The position numbers and the translations under genes were made by a program. Source: an uncultured Candidatus Sumerlaeota bacterium (GTDB lineage: Bacteria > CAYMEV01). From it: 64,000 nt of DNA. The number at the start of each line of letters is the position of its first letter. Within the stretch, counting starts at the first letter, position 1. The stretch is taken from contig CAYMEV010000009.1 in assembly GCA_964389675.1 (NCBI GenBank), forward strand, positions 1-64,000. The letters are read 5' to 3'. The notes beneath the pieces are model-generated. The model was not told where the DNA came from. It saw only the letters and a program-made list of their open reading frames with translations, and did not search any database. This document shows positions 38,398 to 48,864 of the stretch, piece after piece.

Positions 38398-39687
38398 ATG
38401 CTTTTTGGAAAATCAAAGCGAGATACCAGGGCTGTTTTTATTGGAATGGACGGTGTTCCCTTTGAGCTTATTGAAAAATACATGAACGACGGCACAATGA
38501 AGAATCTCAAAGCCATCGCAGATACAGGCCTATTTACGAAAATGAAATCATCCGTACCTGACATAAGCTCAGTAGCATGGAGCTGTTTTAATACCGGATA
38601 TGACCCTTCACATCACGGGATTTTCGGATTTATGGACCTTGACAGGGATTATAATATGTTTTTCCCCAATTTCCTGTCATTAAAAAAGCAGACACTCTGG
38701 GAAAAGCTTGCTGACTATAATAAAAAATCTACAGTTATTAATATTCCCCAAACATACCCTGTAAGGCCATTTAACGGTTCTATTATAAGCGGCTTTATTT
38801 CAATCGACTGGAAAAAGAGCATACATCCTTCTTCTCTTTTGCCTTTGCTCGAGAAATTAGGCTATAAGATTGATATTGACATACCTGATACTGACGATTA
38901 TGAATTAAAACGCGAAAAAATAATGGAAGAGATATTCCGGGTACTCTCTGCAAGGATAAACACAATAAAACAGCTTTTCAGGAAAAGGGACTGGGATCTT
39001 TTCATCGGCGTTATAACTGAAACAGACAGGCTTCACCATTATTTCTTTGATTCATTTGATGATAATGATAAGTGGACTCAAAGCTTCTGCGAAGTTTATT
39101 CAATGATCGACGAAATGATTGGAGAGCTTGCTGAACAGGCAGGAACAGAAAATTTCTATATCATGAGCGATCATGGCTTTACAGTTGCAAAAAAGGAAGT
39201 CCTTATTAACAATATACTGATAAAAGAGGGGCTTCTTAAGCTCAAAAAGCCTGATGCACCTGTTACTGGCCTGGACCCTGAAAATACCAAAGCTTTTTCG
39301 CTTGATCCTGCAAGAATATATATTAATGATAAACGTTTTTCAAAGGGTTTTGTAAAGGAAGATAAGGATAAAATAACGGATTATCTTGCAGAGATATTCT
39401 CAGGCCTTGAATATGAAGGTAAAAGGGTCTTTATGAATGTCTTCAGAAGAAATGATATATATAAAGGGCCCCTTGCTGAGCTTGGGGCTGATCTCCTGTT
39501 AGTCCCCAATTATGGATTTGACCCGAAAGCAAGCCTCAGGCAGCGAGACATCTTTGTTGATCCAAAGCTTAACGGGATGCATTCATACGATAATGCATTC
39601 TTTGTTTCTAAAACAAGACTTGAACTTCCTGACGGTTTCAGCGTAAAAGACCCGCACTGGATCCTTTTTTCCAAGGTTAAAATATAA
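38398..39687 (+). CDS. Alkaline-phosphatase superfamily / type I phosphodiesterase
   Basis: IGMDGVP, PDISSVAWSCFNTG, HGIFGF, TDRLHH, MSDHGF, GMH. Confidence 0.9.
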   Translation: MLFGKSKRDTRAVFIGMDGVPFELIEKYMNDGTMKNLKAIADTGLFTKMKSSVPDISSVAWSCFNTGYDPSHHGIFGFMDLDRDYNMFFPNFLSLKKQTLWEKLADYNKKSTVINIPQTYPVRPFNGSIISGFISIDWKKSIHPSSLLPLLEKLGYKIDIDIPDTDDYELKREKIMEEIFRVLSARINTIKQLFRKRDWDLFIGVITETDRLHHYFFDSFDDNDKWTQSFCEVYSMIDEMIGELAEQAGTENFYIMSDHGFTVAKKEVLINNILIKEGLLKLKKPDAPVTGLDPENTKAFSLDPARIYINDKRFSKGFVKEDKDKITDYLAEIFSGLEYEGKRVFMNVFRRNDIYKGPLAELGADLLLVPNYGFDPKASLRQRDIFVDPKLNGMHSYDNAFFVSKTRLELPDGFSVKDPHWILFSKVKI

Positions 39688-39708
39688 GTCAAAGGAGGAC
39701 ATTATCAT

Positions 39709-40308
39709 ATGAAAAGCTCTATTTCCCTATTATTGATTATGATCCTGTCAATAGGCCTTATCTATTGCGCCAAAGATAAAATAGATTATCAGGTAAGGCT
39801 GGATAAGATAAAAAAGCTTAAACAAACCGATGAACAGGCATATATATCACATTTAAGCAGTCTTTTAAAAGCAATTGAAAAGGAGAACCCTGTTTATGAT
39901 GAAGCACTGAACCTGCTCGTAAATCAGCTGATAGAGAATGCCAGGGAGTGGGAGGATATGGGCAGATACAGTGAAGCAGCTGATATTTATCTTCAGGCTG
40001 GCAGAATGAACAGGGATAATCAGAAGCTTAAGGAGTTATACAGCAGGGCAAAAGCTTATGAGGACCTGACACTGGAAGATTTCAACAGGATACTTATAGG
40101 AATGACAAACATTGATCTGCACAAGATTGCCGGCAACCCGTATAAAATAGAGACCATGACAGATGATAAGGATAATACGATACATGAGTACCACTTTCTC
40201 ACTAAGGCTAATCAGTGGGATAGCGTTGTAATAACACTTGATGAAGACCTTAAGGTAATTGACAAAAAATATCCTGAAATTCAAAATGCAGAAGAGCAAA
40301 AGGAGTAA
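39709..40308 (+). CDS. Lipoprotein with TPR-like helices and a BamE/SmpA-like C-terminal domain
   Basis: Lipobox LIYC; F..I.IGMT......IAGNP motif. Confidence 0.55.
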   Translation: MKSSISLLLIMILSIGLIYCAKDKIDYQVRLDKIKKLKQTDEQAYISHLSSLLKAIEKENPVYDEALNLLVNQLIENAREWEDMGRYSEAADIYLQAGRMNRDNQKLKELYSRAKAYEDLTLEDFNRILIGMTNIDLHKIAGNPYKIETMTDDKDNTIHEYHFLTKANQWDSVVITLDEDLKVIDKKYPEIQNAEEQKE

Positions 40309-40312
40309 TTAT

Positions 40313-41398
40313 ATGAAAAAAACACCATTATATGATGAACATGTAACATTAGGGGCCAAGATCATACATTTCGGAGACTGGCTAATGCCTGTATCCTACA
40401 GCTCAATGGTTGAGGAGCACGTAAACGTAAGAAAGAACGTGGGTCTTTTTGATGTAAGCCATATGGGGGAATTTATTGTTTCAGGAAATAAAGCTCTGGA
40501 ATACCTCAACTATTATACACCAAACAGTGTTCATAAACTTAAGATTGGCAGGGCGCATTATACGAACCTTCTCAGGACTGATGGCACAATTGTTGATGAC
40601 CTTCTTATCTACAGGCTTGGCGAAGATACCTACCTTCTTGTCGTAAACGCTCTTAATATTGACAAGGATTTTGATTATCTGAAGAAAAACCTTTATGAAG
40701 GTGTAGAGCTGGTCAATAAAAGCGATGAATATTCTCAGATAGCAGTTCAGGGAAGGCATGCTGTAAAGATAATAGAGAAGATAACCGGGAAAGACCTGTC
40801 AGAGATGAAGCTTTTCAGCTTTTTTATGTTTGACCATGAAGGCAGTGAGCTGCTTATATCAAGAACGGGCTATACAGGCGAAGATGGATTTGAAATATAT
40901 ATGCCTCCCAGGGTAGCTGTAAAGATCTGGAATATGGTAATGAAAACAGGCAGTGATTATAATATCTGCGCATGCGGACTGGGAGCCAGGGATTCTTTAA
41001 GGCTGGAAGCCGGGCTTCCCCTTTACGGTAATGACCTTGATGATACTACCACACCTATTGAAGCTGATCTGTCATGGATAGTAAAGTTTAAGAAGGATGA
41101 TTTCGCCGGCAGGGGTATACTGAAAAAACAGCATGACGAAGGCACCAGCAGGATACTTACAGGAATCGAGATACTTGAAAAAGCAATTCCACGGCAGGGC
41201 TACAGGATGTTCATAGATGAAAAAGAGGTCGGAGTAATTACAAGCGGTACAAAAAGCCCGTACACGAACAAATCTATTGCAATGGGCTATATAATTCCCG
41301 AACTGAACACCCTGGACAAAGAAGTGCAGGTACAGGTAAGGAACAAATTCGCAGAAGGTAAGATAGTGAAAAAGACCTTCTTTGAAAGGGATTATTAA
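40313..41398 (+). CDS. gcvT: Glycine cleavage system T protein (aminomethyltransferase)
   Basis: KTPLYDEH, FDVSHMGE, SRTGYTGEDGFE, GLGARDSLRLEAG. Start placed at 40313 after AAGGAG. Confidence 0.97.
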   Translation: MKKTPLYDEHVTLGAKIIHFGDWLMPVSYSSMVEEHVNVRKNVGLFDVSHMGEFIVSGNKALEYLNYYTPNSVHKLKIGRAHYTNLLRTDGTIVDDLLIYRLGEDTYLLVVNALNIDKDFDYLKKNLYEGVELVNKSDEYSQIAVQGRHAVKIIEKITGKDLSEMKLFSFFMFDHEGSELLISRTGYTGEDGFEIYMPPRVAVKIWNMVMKTGSDYNICACGLGARDSLRLEAGLPLYGNDLDDTTTPIEADLSWIVKFKKDDFAGRGILKKQHDEGTSRILTGIEILEKAIPRQGYRMFIDEKEVGVITSGTKSPYTNKSIAMGYIIPELNTLDKEVQVQVRNKFAEGKIVKKTFFERDY

Positions 41399-41477
41399 AA
41401 AAAATAACTTGATTTAATTAGAATTTTATTTATTTATTTTTTAAAATTATAAAACCGAAAAACAGGAGGTAAGAACA

Positions 41478-41867
41478 TTGAATAAAAAGGAATATAAATA
41501 CACAGAAACGCATGAATGGGTAAAAATCGATGGTAAATCTTGCATCGTCGGTATTACTGATTATGCACAGGATCAGCTCGAAGAGGTAACACTTATTGAA
41601 TTCCCTGATGAAGCATCTGAGGTTGAACAATTTGAAAAGACAGGCATTGTGATCGAATCCCACAAGAATGTTAACGATGTCAACTCACCCCTTTCCGGGA
41701 ATATGACGGAATTCAATACAGAACTTGAGGACTCTCCAGAGCTTATTAACCAGAGTCCTTATCAGAAGGGATGGATATATAAAATGGAATTATCTGATCC
41801 TGATGAGATAGATAATCTCATGTCATTTGAAGAATATGAAGCATTTGTAAAAGAAGAAATGGAATAG
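41478..41867 (+). CDS. gcvH: Glycine cleavage system H protein
   Basis: YTETHEWV, GITDYAQDQL, ESHK (lipoyl Lys), SPLSG, INQSPY..GWI. TTG start behind AGGAGG. Confidence 0.93.
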   Translation: MNKKEYKYTETHEWVKIDGKSCIVGITDYAQDQLEEVTLIEFPDEASEVEQFEKTGIVIESHKNVNDVNSPLSGNMTEFNTELEDSPELINQSPYQKGWIYKMELSDPDEIDNLMSFEEYEAFVKEEME

Positions 41868-41870
41868 TAT

Positions 41871-43226
41871 ATGGATTATACAACTCACTCCAAGGAAACA
41901 ATAGAGCATCTTCTTGATAAAATTGGCAAGAGCTCTATCCAGGAGCTCTTTGCATCAATTCCCGAAAGTATAAAAGCAAAGCACCCGCCATTTGACAAAC
42001 CCGGGTCAACTGAACAGGACCTGCTGGAATACTTTTCAAAACTCAGCCAAAAGAACAATATATGCAATTCTGTCTTTATCGGGGGAGGAGCATATAATCA
42101 CTATGCTCCTTCAGTGATAAACCATATTATATCCAGAGCTGAATTTCAGACCGCATATACCCCCTATCAGGCAGAAGTCAGCCAGGGCACACTGCAGACC
42201 ATTTTCGAGTTTCAGAGTATCATGGCAGACCTGACAGGCATGGAGATTTCAAACGCAAGCATGTATGACGGAGCTTCCAGCGCCGCTGAAGCAGTCCTTA
42301 TGGCTCACCGGCTTTCAAAAAGAAAAAAGAGCGAGTTCCTTATATCAAAATTTATGCACCCCGAATATATTGAGACCATCAGGACATATACACATCATTT
42401 AGGACTGAAGATGAGGTTTATGGATATCGACAAGGATGGCAGGATATCAGAAGATTTCCTGAAAAACACGGACTGGGACAATATTTTCGCTGTTATCTAC
42501 CAAAGCCCCAATTTTTATGGAATACTGGAAGACCATCAGATGATATCATCCTATGTCAGGGATATTGAAAGGGCTTATTCAATCTGCATAATAAATGAAA
42601 TAAGCTCACTTGGCATTCTGGAACCCCCGGGTGCTTTCGGCATAGACATAACTGCCGGCGAAGCCCAGGCACTTGGGCTGCCTCTTTCCTATGGCGGCCC
42701 CTATTTAGGCTTTCTTGCAACTAAACTTGATTATGTCAGAGAAGTGCCAGGAAGATTGGTAGGAGCAACTAATGATGCTGACGGGAACAGAGGATTCGTC
42801 CTTACCCTTGCAACAAGAGAACAGCATATAAGAAGGGAAAATGCAACTTCAAATATATGCACAAATCAGGCACTGTGTGCGCTGAGCGCTCTGATATACA
42901 TCGCCATGCTTGGAAATAACGGCCTTTATGACGCTTCATACCAGTCATTCCAGAAAGCAGGCTATTTAAGAGAGCTTCTCGCCTCAGTACCCGGCATAAA
43001 TATCCCCTATAAGGGTGCAATATACAATGAATTTGTCTACAGCACAGGAGATAAGGATGCCTCAGCAGTAATTGAAGCTATGGAGAAAAGGGGCGTATAT
43101 GCAGGGATTCCCCTCTCAAAATTTGACAGAAGCGCTGGAAATTTAATCCTGACAGCAGTAACGGAAAACAATACTGCAGAAGAGATTGAATACTATGCCA
43201 GCTGTCTTAAGGAGGTGCTTCAATGA
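41871..43226 (+). CDS. gcvPA: Glycine dehydrogenase subunit 1
   Basis: TAYTPYQAEVSQGTLQ, NASMYDGA, GGPYLG, REQHIRRE.ATSNICTNQ. Confidence 0.97.
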   Translation: MDYTTHSKETIEHLLDKIGKSSIQELFASIPESIKAKHPPFDKPGSTEQDLLEYFSKLSQKNNICNSVFIGGGAYNHYAPSVINHIISRAEFQTAYTPYQAEVSQGTLQTIFEFQSIMADLTGMEISNASMYDGASSAAEAVLMAHRLSKRKKSEFLISKFMHPEYIETIRTYTHHLGLKMRFMDIDKDGRISEDFLKNTDWDNIFAVIYQSPNFYGILEDHQMISSYVRDIERAYSICIINEISSLGILEPPGAFGIDITAGEAQALGLPLSYGGPYLGFLATKLDYVREVPGRLVGATNDADGNRGFVLTLATREQHIRRENATSNICTNQALCALSALIYIAMLGNNGLYDASYQSFQKAGYLRELLASVPGINIPYKGAIYNEFVYSTGDKDASAVIEAMEKRGVYAGIPLSKFDRSAGNLILTAVTENNTAEEIEYYASCLKEVLQ

Positions 43227-44716
43227 AAAAGAACAGGATAAAAAAATACTATGTAATCAATGAACCCTTATTAAAGGATATTGATAATGCTGGATGCAAG
43301 GGCTTTTCATTAAAAAAACTGGATATTTCTGAAGAGAAGCAATCTTCAACATCATCAATACCTTCACATCTTCTAAGGAAAACCAAGCCTGGCATCCCTT
43401 CATTAAGTGAGGTTCAGGTAGTAAGGCATTTCACCAGGCTTTCCAAGCAGAATTACTCAATTGAGGATGGGATCTTCCCTCTCGGAAGCTGCACGATGAA
43501 GTATAATCCCAAGATTAATAGCGATATAGCAAATATGCCGGGATTTGCAAAGCTTCACCCCTACAGCAGCGCATCCTGCTCGCAGGGTGCTCTAAAGGCG
43601 ATGTATGAACTGAAAATGGAGCTTATGCATATTACAGGGCTTGCAGACTGCTCCCTGATGCCAAATGCCGGGGCACATGGCGAACTTGTAGGAATGAAGC
43701 TTATCAAGGCATATTTTGAGGCAAAGAATGAAGAAAGGAATATAGTCCTCATACCTGATACAGCACATGGAACAAATCCCAGCAGTGCCCACCTTGCCGG
43801 ATTTAAGGCAAAAGAGATCAAATCCTCAAAGGCAGGATACCTGGATGTGGAAACCATAAAAAAGTATCTCAGCAGGGATGTGGCCGGCCTTATGGTAACA
43901 AATCCGAACACCCTCGGTATATTTGAGAGGGATATCAGAAAGATAGCAGACCTTCTGCACGAGAATGATTCCCTGCTCTATATCGACGGGGCAAACATTA
44001 ATGCAATACTGGGCAGGGCCAGGTTCTCTGATATGGGAGCTGATGTAATCCACTTAAACCTTCACAAGACTTTCTCCACTCCCCATGGAGGAGGAGGCCC
44101 CGGAGCAGGCCCTATCTGCGTATCAGAAAGGCTTAAACCTTTCCTGCCTGTCCCTAATGTATCATATAATAAAGAAAAGGACCTTTACTTCCTGGATCAT
44201 GACTACCCGGGAAGCATAGGCAGGGTAAGGGCTTATTACGGAAATTTCGCCGTCCTGATAAGGGCCCTTGTATATATAAAAATGCTCGGAGAAGAAGGCT
44301 TAAGGAATGTTTCAGGTATTGCAACACTGAATGCAAACTATATAAAAAAGATGCTGAAAGGGTATTACTTTCTCCCATATGAGGAAGAAACCCTCCATGA
44401 AGCAGTATTCTCCTATAAGCTTCAGAAGGACAGGGGCATAAAGGTATCCGATATAGCCAAGGCTATAATTGACAAGGGATTCCACCCACCAACAATTTCA
44501 TTCCCCCTGGTCGTCCATGGTGCTTTAATGATAGAACCCACAGAAACTGAAAGTCTGGAGGAGCTTGACGGATTTATTAATGCTCTTATTGAGATAGCAA
44601 ATGAGATAGAAGAAGACCCCTCAAAGGCTCAGAATGCTCCGCAGAACGCACCTGCAAAAAGGCTCGATGAGGTAACTGCAGCTAAAAACCCGGTACTAAC
44701 CTGGAATTATCTATAG
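43223..44716 (+). CDS. gcvPB: Glycine dehydrogenase subunit 2
   Basis: PLGSCTMKYNP, AHGTNP, HLNLHKTFSTPHGGGGPG, IEPTETES. Confidence 0.97.
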   Translation: MKKNRIKKYYVINEPLLKDIDNAGCKGFSLKKLDISEEKQSSTSSIPSHLLRKTKPGIPSLSEVQVVRHFTRLSKQNYSIEDGIFPLGSCTMKYNPKINSDIANMPGFAKLHPYSSASCSQGALKAMYELKMELMHITGLADCSLMPNAGAHGELVGMKLIKAYFEAKNEERNIVLIPDTAHGTNPSSAHLAGFKAKEIKSSKAGYLDVETIKKYLSRDVAGLMVTNPNTLGIFERDIRKIADLLHENDSLLYIDGANINAILGRARFSDMGADVIHLNLHKTFSTPHGGGGPGAGPICVSERLKPFLPVPNVSYNKEKDLYFLDHDYPGSIGRVRAYYGNFAVLIRALVYIKMLGEEGLRNVSGIATLNANYIKKMLKGYYFLPYEEETLHEAVFSYKLQKDRGIKVSDIAKAIIDKGFHPPTISFPLVVHGALMIEPTETESLEELDGFINALIEIANEIEEDPSKAQNAPQNAPAKRLDEVTAAKNPVLTWNYL

Positions 44717-44724
44717 TATTAAAC

Positions 44725-44757
44725 CAGGCACAGGGAAGATGATCTTCCCTGTGCCTG
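44725..44757. terminator. Long inverted repeat between convergent genes
   Basis: CAGGCACAGGGAAGAT-G-ATCTTCCCTGTGCCTG. Confidence 0.75.
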
Positions 44758-44765
44758 CCATTTAT

Positions 44766-44987
44766 TCAGTCAGCAGCCCCATTTCCCCCGGATCCTTTAC
44801 TACGAATAGCCGAGACAAGTGAAGCTCCGGAGGCAAAACCAGCGGCAAAGATCCCGATAACATGGACAATCCGCGCTTCCTCACCTAAAAGGGCTACACT
44901 GCCCATTATACCAGCAAGAGCTGTCAATACTGCTGCAATTATCATTCTTTTCTGTCTGCTTATCATACTTTTATCTACATCCTCCAT
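44766..44987 (-). CDS. Small two-TM membrane protein
   Basis: Two hydrophobic helices; follows the ASCH gene by 3 nt. Confidence 0.55.
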   Translation of the reverse strand: MEDVDKSMISRQKRMIIAAVLTALAGIMGSVALLGEEARIVHVIGIFAAGFASGASLVSAIRSKGSGGNGAAD

Positions 44988-44990
44988 AAA

Positions 44991-45344
44991 TTATTCCTGC
45001 TTTTTCAGTTCAAAATAATAGGCTATAAATTCAAAATCATCATCAGGGTCAGAAAAATAATCAATATGATCCTCCCTGAATTCCTCAGCACTCCTGTTTG
45101 TCTCACCACGCCAGAGCCTCTCGGGAATCCTGTTCCACCTGCATAATTCCATTCCTGTGATCCTTATAATGCATCTCGGCCTTTTTTGCAGGTCATAGAC
45201 CATATACTCCTCTCCAACAACCAGCGCACTGTTGTATTCATCCTCATCATGCTCTATATCCCCTGCATTTGCAACACTTGCCGTCTTTTCCCCCTGGATG
45301 ATCTGCTCAACAAGATGGTCTGAAACAAACTGTATCCTTTTCAT
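44991..45344 (-). CDS. ASCH-domain protein
   Basis: II.GEKTAS, PRCIIRIT, GE.....F...H..YF. Confidence 0.85.
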   Translation of the reverse strand: MKRIQFVSDHLVEQIIQGEKTASVANAGDIEHDEDEYNSALVVGEEYMVYDLQKRPRCIIRITGMELCRWNRIPERLWRGETNRSAEEFREDHIDYFSDPDDDFEFIAYYFELKKQE

Positions 45345-45592
45345 ATCTTCTCCAGTATTCTTTCACTGAATTTATCTTTTTTCTGCATTTAATCCAGGAA
45401 TAGCAGAAATATAAAAGCTTATCATAATGGTTTCTGGTACCCATTATTTCTTCCATGTCAAAGCTTTAATGACATAGCTATTTATAATATGATAAAGAAT
45501 ATATCTTTGCCAGTTACTGGCAATCTAAATCATTCAGGTTTATCTCTTAATGCCGGGCTTCTTAATGTATCCATTCTTGCCTGTATGTCACC

Positions 45593-48543
45593 CGGTTCAC
45601 CCCCACATGCGTGGGGAATATGCAAAGCTGATTGTGCAACCCATTTTTTCCTGCGGTTCACCCCCACATGCGTGGGGAATATGTATCAATATCCATCGCC
45701 CTGAACCAGTCTATCGGTTCACCCCCACATGCGTGGGGAATATGCGCCCGTGATTTTTTCGTCTATTTTCAATAACGGTTCACCCCCACATGCGTGGGGA
45801 ATATTCTGTCTTCAATATTCATAATTATTCACCCTCCGGTTCACCCCCACATGCGTGGGGAATATTAACCGTCATTGACTTTCTTGTCCGTGTCCTTCGG
45901 TTCACCCCCACATGCGTGGGGAATATGCTAACAATAAAGCAAACCTGTTGTAATTTTTCGGTTCACCCCCACATGCGTGGGGAATATTCTTGTATTTTCA
46001 GGTAATGCAACCCAAACACCGGTTCACCCCCACATGCGTGGGGAATATCTGATGACATCTCGCTCGTCTAATGGGATTATCGGTTCACCCCCACATGCGT
46101 GGGGAATATTATATATTGCGCGGTAACCTGGGCTTGACAAACGGTTCACCCCCACATGCGTGGGGAATATGCATCCTTAAATGTCTTATATACTTGTTTA
46201 TACGGTTCACCCCCACATGCGTGGGGAATATCTCCTGCCCGATGTCTTCTTTGTCGCTGATAACGGTTCACCCCCACATGCGTGGGGAATATAACAGTTC
46301 TATTGCAGACCCTATTACAGCATCCGGTTCACCCCCACATGCGTGGGGAATATAATATGAAATCGTCGTCTAAGTATAGCATATACGGTTCACCCCCACA
46401 TGCGTGGGGAATATATTAACAGCGCTCTCTATCGTTGCTATAATTGCGGTTCACCCCCACATGCGTGGGGAATATTAAAGAAACCCGGGATGACCCTGTT
46501 CTGGGTTCGGTTCACCCCCACATGCGTGGGGAATATTGTTATAGTAGCAATGAGCTTTGATGCTGTTGCGGTTCACCCCCACATGCGTGGGGAATATTTC
46601 GGCAGGCTCTTCAGATTCATCGGTGGCCTCGGTTCACCCCCACATGCGTGGGGAATATATACATTTCCCCTGATATAATAACCTGACTGTCGGTTCACCC
46701 CCACATGCGTGGGGAATATTTTTCGAAATAATCTTTAACCGGGTGGTATTGCGGTTCACCCCCACATGCGTGGGGAATATCTTTTAATCCTTTATCCTGT
46801 ATCCCTGTATCCCGGTTCACCCCCACATGCGTGGGGAATATTTAGTTAATCCAGCTGCCGGGTCGTAAAAGGGCGGTTCACCCCCACATGCGTGGGGAAT
46901 ATATCTCAATCTCAACAGTCAGCGTATGCTCGTCCGGTTCACCCCCACATGCGTGGGGAATATTCCCAGCATTACCTGCACAGACCGCAAGTGCACGGTT
47001 CACCCCCACATGCGTGGGGAATATTCAAACGCCGTTAAGTTCCAGCCCTCAGGTAACGGTTCACCCCCACATGCGTGGGGAATATCTGCAAGACCAGGAC
47101 GGCTATATCATAATTGACGGTTCACCCCCACATGCGTGGGGAATATTAATAACCACGCCAAAATTATATAAATGCTATCGGTTCACCCCCACATGCGTGG
47201 GGAATATATTTAATTTTGAAGAGGTTCAGGATGTAGGGGCGGTTCACCCCCACATGCGTGGGGAATATGCTATGAAGCTCAAAACTGAACTGGTCGCTTT
47301 CGGTTCACCCCCACATGCGTGGGGAATATGAAATGATACAGCCGTACCAGCTGGCAACGAAAGGTTCACCCCCACATGCGTGGGGAATATTTTGTTTTCT
47401 CAATAGCCTCTGGCTTTTTTAACGGTTCACCCCCACATGCGTGGGGAATATGAATCAATGTTTTCGGGGGAGTTTTAGCCTTGCGGTTCACCCCCACATG
47501 CGTGGGGAATATGTTATTCAGTCTCAACAGCACAGGGCTAATAACGGTTCACCCCCACATGCGTGGGGAATATCAAAAANNNNNNNNNNNNNNNNNNNNN
47601 NNNNNNNNNNNNNNNNNNNNNNNNNNNNNNNNNNNNNNNNNNNNNNNNNNNNNNNNNNNNNNNNNNNNNNNNNNNNNNNGGGCAAAGGCAAGTGCATCAG
47701 CGCAACGGTTCACCCCCACATGCGTGGGGAATATTCATAGTACTCGCCGATCCTTTTGATGTGCGTCCGGTTCACCCCCACATGCGTGGGGAATATATTA
47801 TATATCTCCTTTATTTAGTTTATTATTCCGGTTCACCCCCACATGCGTGGGGAATATGCAATGCAGTGCGCCAGGGTGTTCATGGAAAACGGTTCACCCC
47901 CACATGCGTGGGGAATATGGTTCCCTGAAATATGCGTATGCGTCGCCGTCCGGTTCACCCCCACATGCGTGGGGAATATCAAAAAGGGCAAAGGCAAGTG
48001 CATCAGCGCAACGGTTCACCCCCACATGCGTGGGGAATATGTCCCAATCACCAGGTACAGGGTCGCCGTCGTCGGTTCACCCCCACATGCGTGGGGAATA
48101 TGTTACAAACTACTTATAGATTAGCTAATGGGTCGGTTCACCCCCACATGCGTGGGGAATATTATATGAGCTCACATTTGACAGCAACGGCAGCCGGTTC
48201 ACCCCCACATGCGTGGGGAATATTATAGCGAGTACAAGCCTCGGTTGCCATGGTCGCAACGATGTACCACTGGTTCACCCCCACATGCGTGGGGAATATT
48301 GCTGTATCTCTGCGAGCCGTGTGTCCATGTTCGGTTCACCCCCACATGCGTGGGGAATATTTTTCATTATTTCTGACCGTCTGCCAGATTGACGGTTCAC
48401 CCCCACATGCGTGGGGAATATGCTTTGACCTGCGTCATATCTGACTTTTGTATCGGTTCACCCCCACATGCGTGGGGAATATTCCAGTAATTTGGGAGGT
48501 ATCGCCATATAGCTCGGTTCACCCCCACATGCGTGGGGAATAT
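45593..48543 (-). CRISPR. Type I-E CRISPR array: 47 repeats of 29 bp, mostly 32-bp spacers, 100-N gap at 47580..47679
   Basis: Repeat CGGTTCACCCCCACATGCGTGGGGAATAT on + (ATATTCCCCACGCATGTGGGGGTGAACCG on -), 61-bp period, CCCCAC/GTGGGG hairpin; leader on the cas2 side. Confidence 0.99.
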
Positions 48544-48585
48544 ACTGCTTTTTAATAGACTTATATCATTTCCCCTATTCTAAAT

Positions 48586-48864
48586 TTATTTTTTTGGAAT
48601 ATGCACCAGTTTCAATCCCTCATAGTCAATAATATTTCTTTTGGTTGCTCCCCAAAATTCAACATCAAAACCCTGTTCCTTCTGAGCAGAATATATCATT
48701 ATACATCCACCATCTTTTGTCTTGCTACAGATTTTCTGCCATAATTTTTCTCTTACAGCCGCTGATATTGTTCCTAAAAATATGCCCGTATGGGGCTCGA
48801 TCATCCATCGAGTTATTTCACCTCTTAATGAGGATGATACTCTTTCAAGAATGAATACTACCAT
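48586..48864 (-). CDS. cas2: Cas2 (type I-E)
   Basis: LRGEITRWMIE..TGIFLG..SAAVREKLW, EQGF, DYEGLKLV. Confidence 0.96.
   Translation of the reverse strand: MVVFILERVSSSLRGEITRWMIEPHTGIFLGTISAAVREKLWQKICSKTKDGGCIMIYSAQKEQGFDVEFWGATKRNIIDYEGLKLVHIPKK

Noticed and set aside
40259-40312. Glycine riboswitch or longer gcvT N-terminus
   Set aside because: The region is the 3' end of the upstream lipoprotein gene, and the RBS points to ATG 40313.
45536-45564. Degenerate trailer CRISPR repeat (AGGTTTATCTCTTAATGCCGGG...)
   Set aside because: Only about half of the positions match and the spacer would be 28 nt; plausible but not supportable, so it was not counted.
45489-48444. Many short ORFs with repeated VHPHMRGEY / GSPPHAWGI / RFTPTCVGN peptides
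   Set aside because: They are translations of the CRISPR repeat in three frames.
45622-48514. Self-targeting spacers within the window
   Set aside because: None noticed by eye; an exhaustive alignment could not be run, so no claim is made.
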